Shown here in pieces: positions 62,946 through 64,000 of a stretch of 64,000 nt of DNA. The position numbers were made by a program, and so were the translations under genes. A model generated the notes under the pieces. The model did not search any database, was not told the DNA's origin, and was given only the letters and a program-made list of their open reading frames with translations. Numbering within the stretch: the first letter of the stretch is position 1; every line of letters begins with the position of its first letter. The stretch is from the NCBI RefSeq assembly GCF_009914755.1, contig NC_060930.1; one strand, written 5' to 3'. This DNA is from the human T2T-CHM13v2.0 reference genome, Homo sapiens.

Positions 62946-63565
62946 ATTGTTCTTCAACAAAAATAATCATCTCCCAAAGAAGCTTGTTCATAATAAGTGA
63001 TGTAAAGCTGACAGTTTGGTCTTCAAAAGCCTCTCATACTGTTAGGAGGGAAATGAAGCAATCAATATAGGCTTGTAATCAGCATTAGGGAAAGTAGAAA
63101 ACTACTGATAAGTTTTAAGCCTTCTATTCTACAACACCACTTCAGAATTGAGTGCTAATTGCTTCATTGCTGCTGAACGGTATTAGTAGATTTAGAATTT
63201 GTACAATATACCAAGCATGTAATTGTCTCATGACACCATTTGTGCACTGAACAGCAACGCTTAATGTGGACAATAGACTTGGAATGGATTTTAGAAATGC
63301 TAATTAACAAAAAAGTTCTTATTGTATAATAATGTTTCAAGTGTGTTCCCAACAACTTCAATTAGCATAGAACAACTAAAGCAAAGAGCAGGGGAAGTTA
63401 AATAATACTCTGTTCTGTTCCTTTCTGTATCACGGACCTGCAGACCAAAACTAGAAGACATGGTCATCTTTTTTATTGTTTTGGAAGGTAAATTCTCATT
63501 TTCACACGATTTATTTTTATAAAACAACTCTTTTTAGGGAACAAAATATTCATTTCTAGTTGGAG

Positions 63566-63751
63566 CAGTATTTCTGAAACTTTAGCAGGTATCAGAATCA
63601 TCTGGAGAGCTTGTTAAAACATTGATTTAAAAGACCCAATCACAGAGCTTCTGATTTGTTAGATCTGGGGTAGGAGCCAAGAATTTACATTTGTAACAGG
63701 TTCCCAGGCAATGTTGATGTTGGTCTGGAGAACACACATTGAGAACCACTG
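63566..63751. mobile_element. MER5A hAT MITE
   Basis: cagtatttctgaaacttt...atcagaatcatctggagagcttgttaaaa...ttgagaaccactg. Confidence 0.85.
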
Positions 63752-63854
63752 GATTAGAAAAAATAATGTATAATGAATGATTCGTAAGTCCCAGCTACCT
63801 AGAAGTGAAAACTTAGCTGTTACTATTACCTAAGGTATCGAGTTTAGAATTATT

Positions 63855-64000
63855 AATAAACAGTAAACATTCCTTGAATGCCTACTATGAACTAGACACT
63901 GTGGTAGGTTTGAGGAGCTTATACCCTGGTTGAGGAGAAATATGGGGTCATATGGGGACAAATAGGAGGAAAATCACCTACTCTTAGGGTTTATGGAGAA
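63855..64000 (-). mobile_element. L2 3' end
   Basis: aaacattccttgaatgcctactatgaactagacactgtggtagg. Confidence 0.65.

Overview
Primate (most likely human) AT-rich, CpG-poor genomic DNA made mostly of interspersed repeats: about 17 Alus (J, S and FLAM types; no clear AluY), L1s from ancient L1M to L1PA, MaLR and ERV1 solo LTRs, L2/MIR/L3 relics, DNA transposons and microsatellites. I found no protein-coding exon, RNA gene or CpG-island promoter that I can support; the ORFs with a recognisable source map to Alu, L1, LTR or simple repeats, and the rest are short and unsupported. Most L1s and LTRs lie on the minus strand, which suggests (inference) an intron of a large gene transcribed on the + strand; I cannot name the gene. 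I see no evidence of a new biological system. The most notable features are structural: a 279-bp self-templated inverted duplication inside an L1 (58.2-59.1 kb), a twin-primed L1 with an unusually large gap (50.8-51.5 kb), four insertions nested in one MLT1 LTR (4.5-8.0 kb), a TSD-flanked insert of an L1 5'UTR joined to unexplained sequence (42.0-42.8 kb), a THE1D inside an AluJ, a 44-bp L1 micro-insertion, and repeat-free blocks that resemble enhancers (~14.5, ~30 and ~61 kb). Repeat family names come from recalled consensus sequences, not a database search, and boundaries of old elements are approximate.
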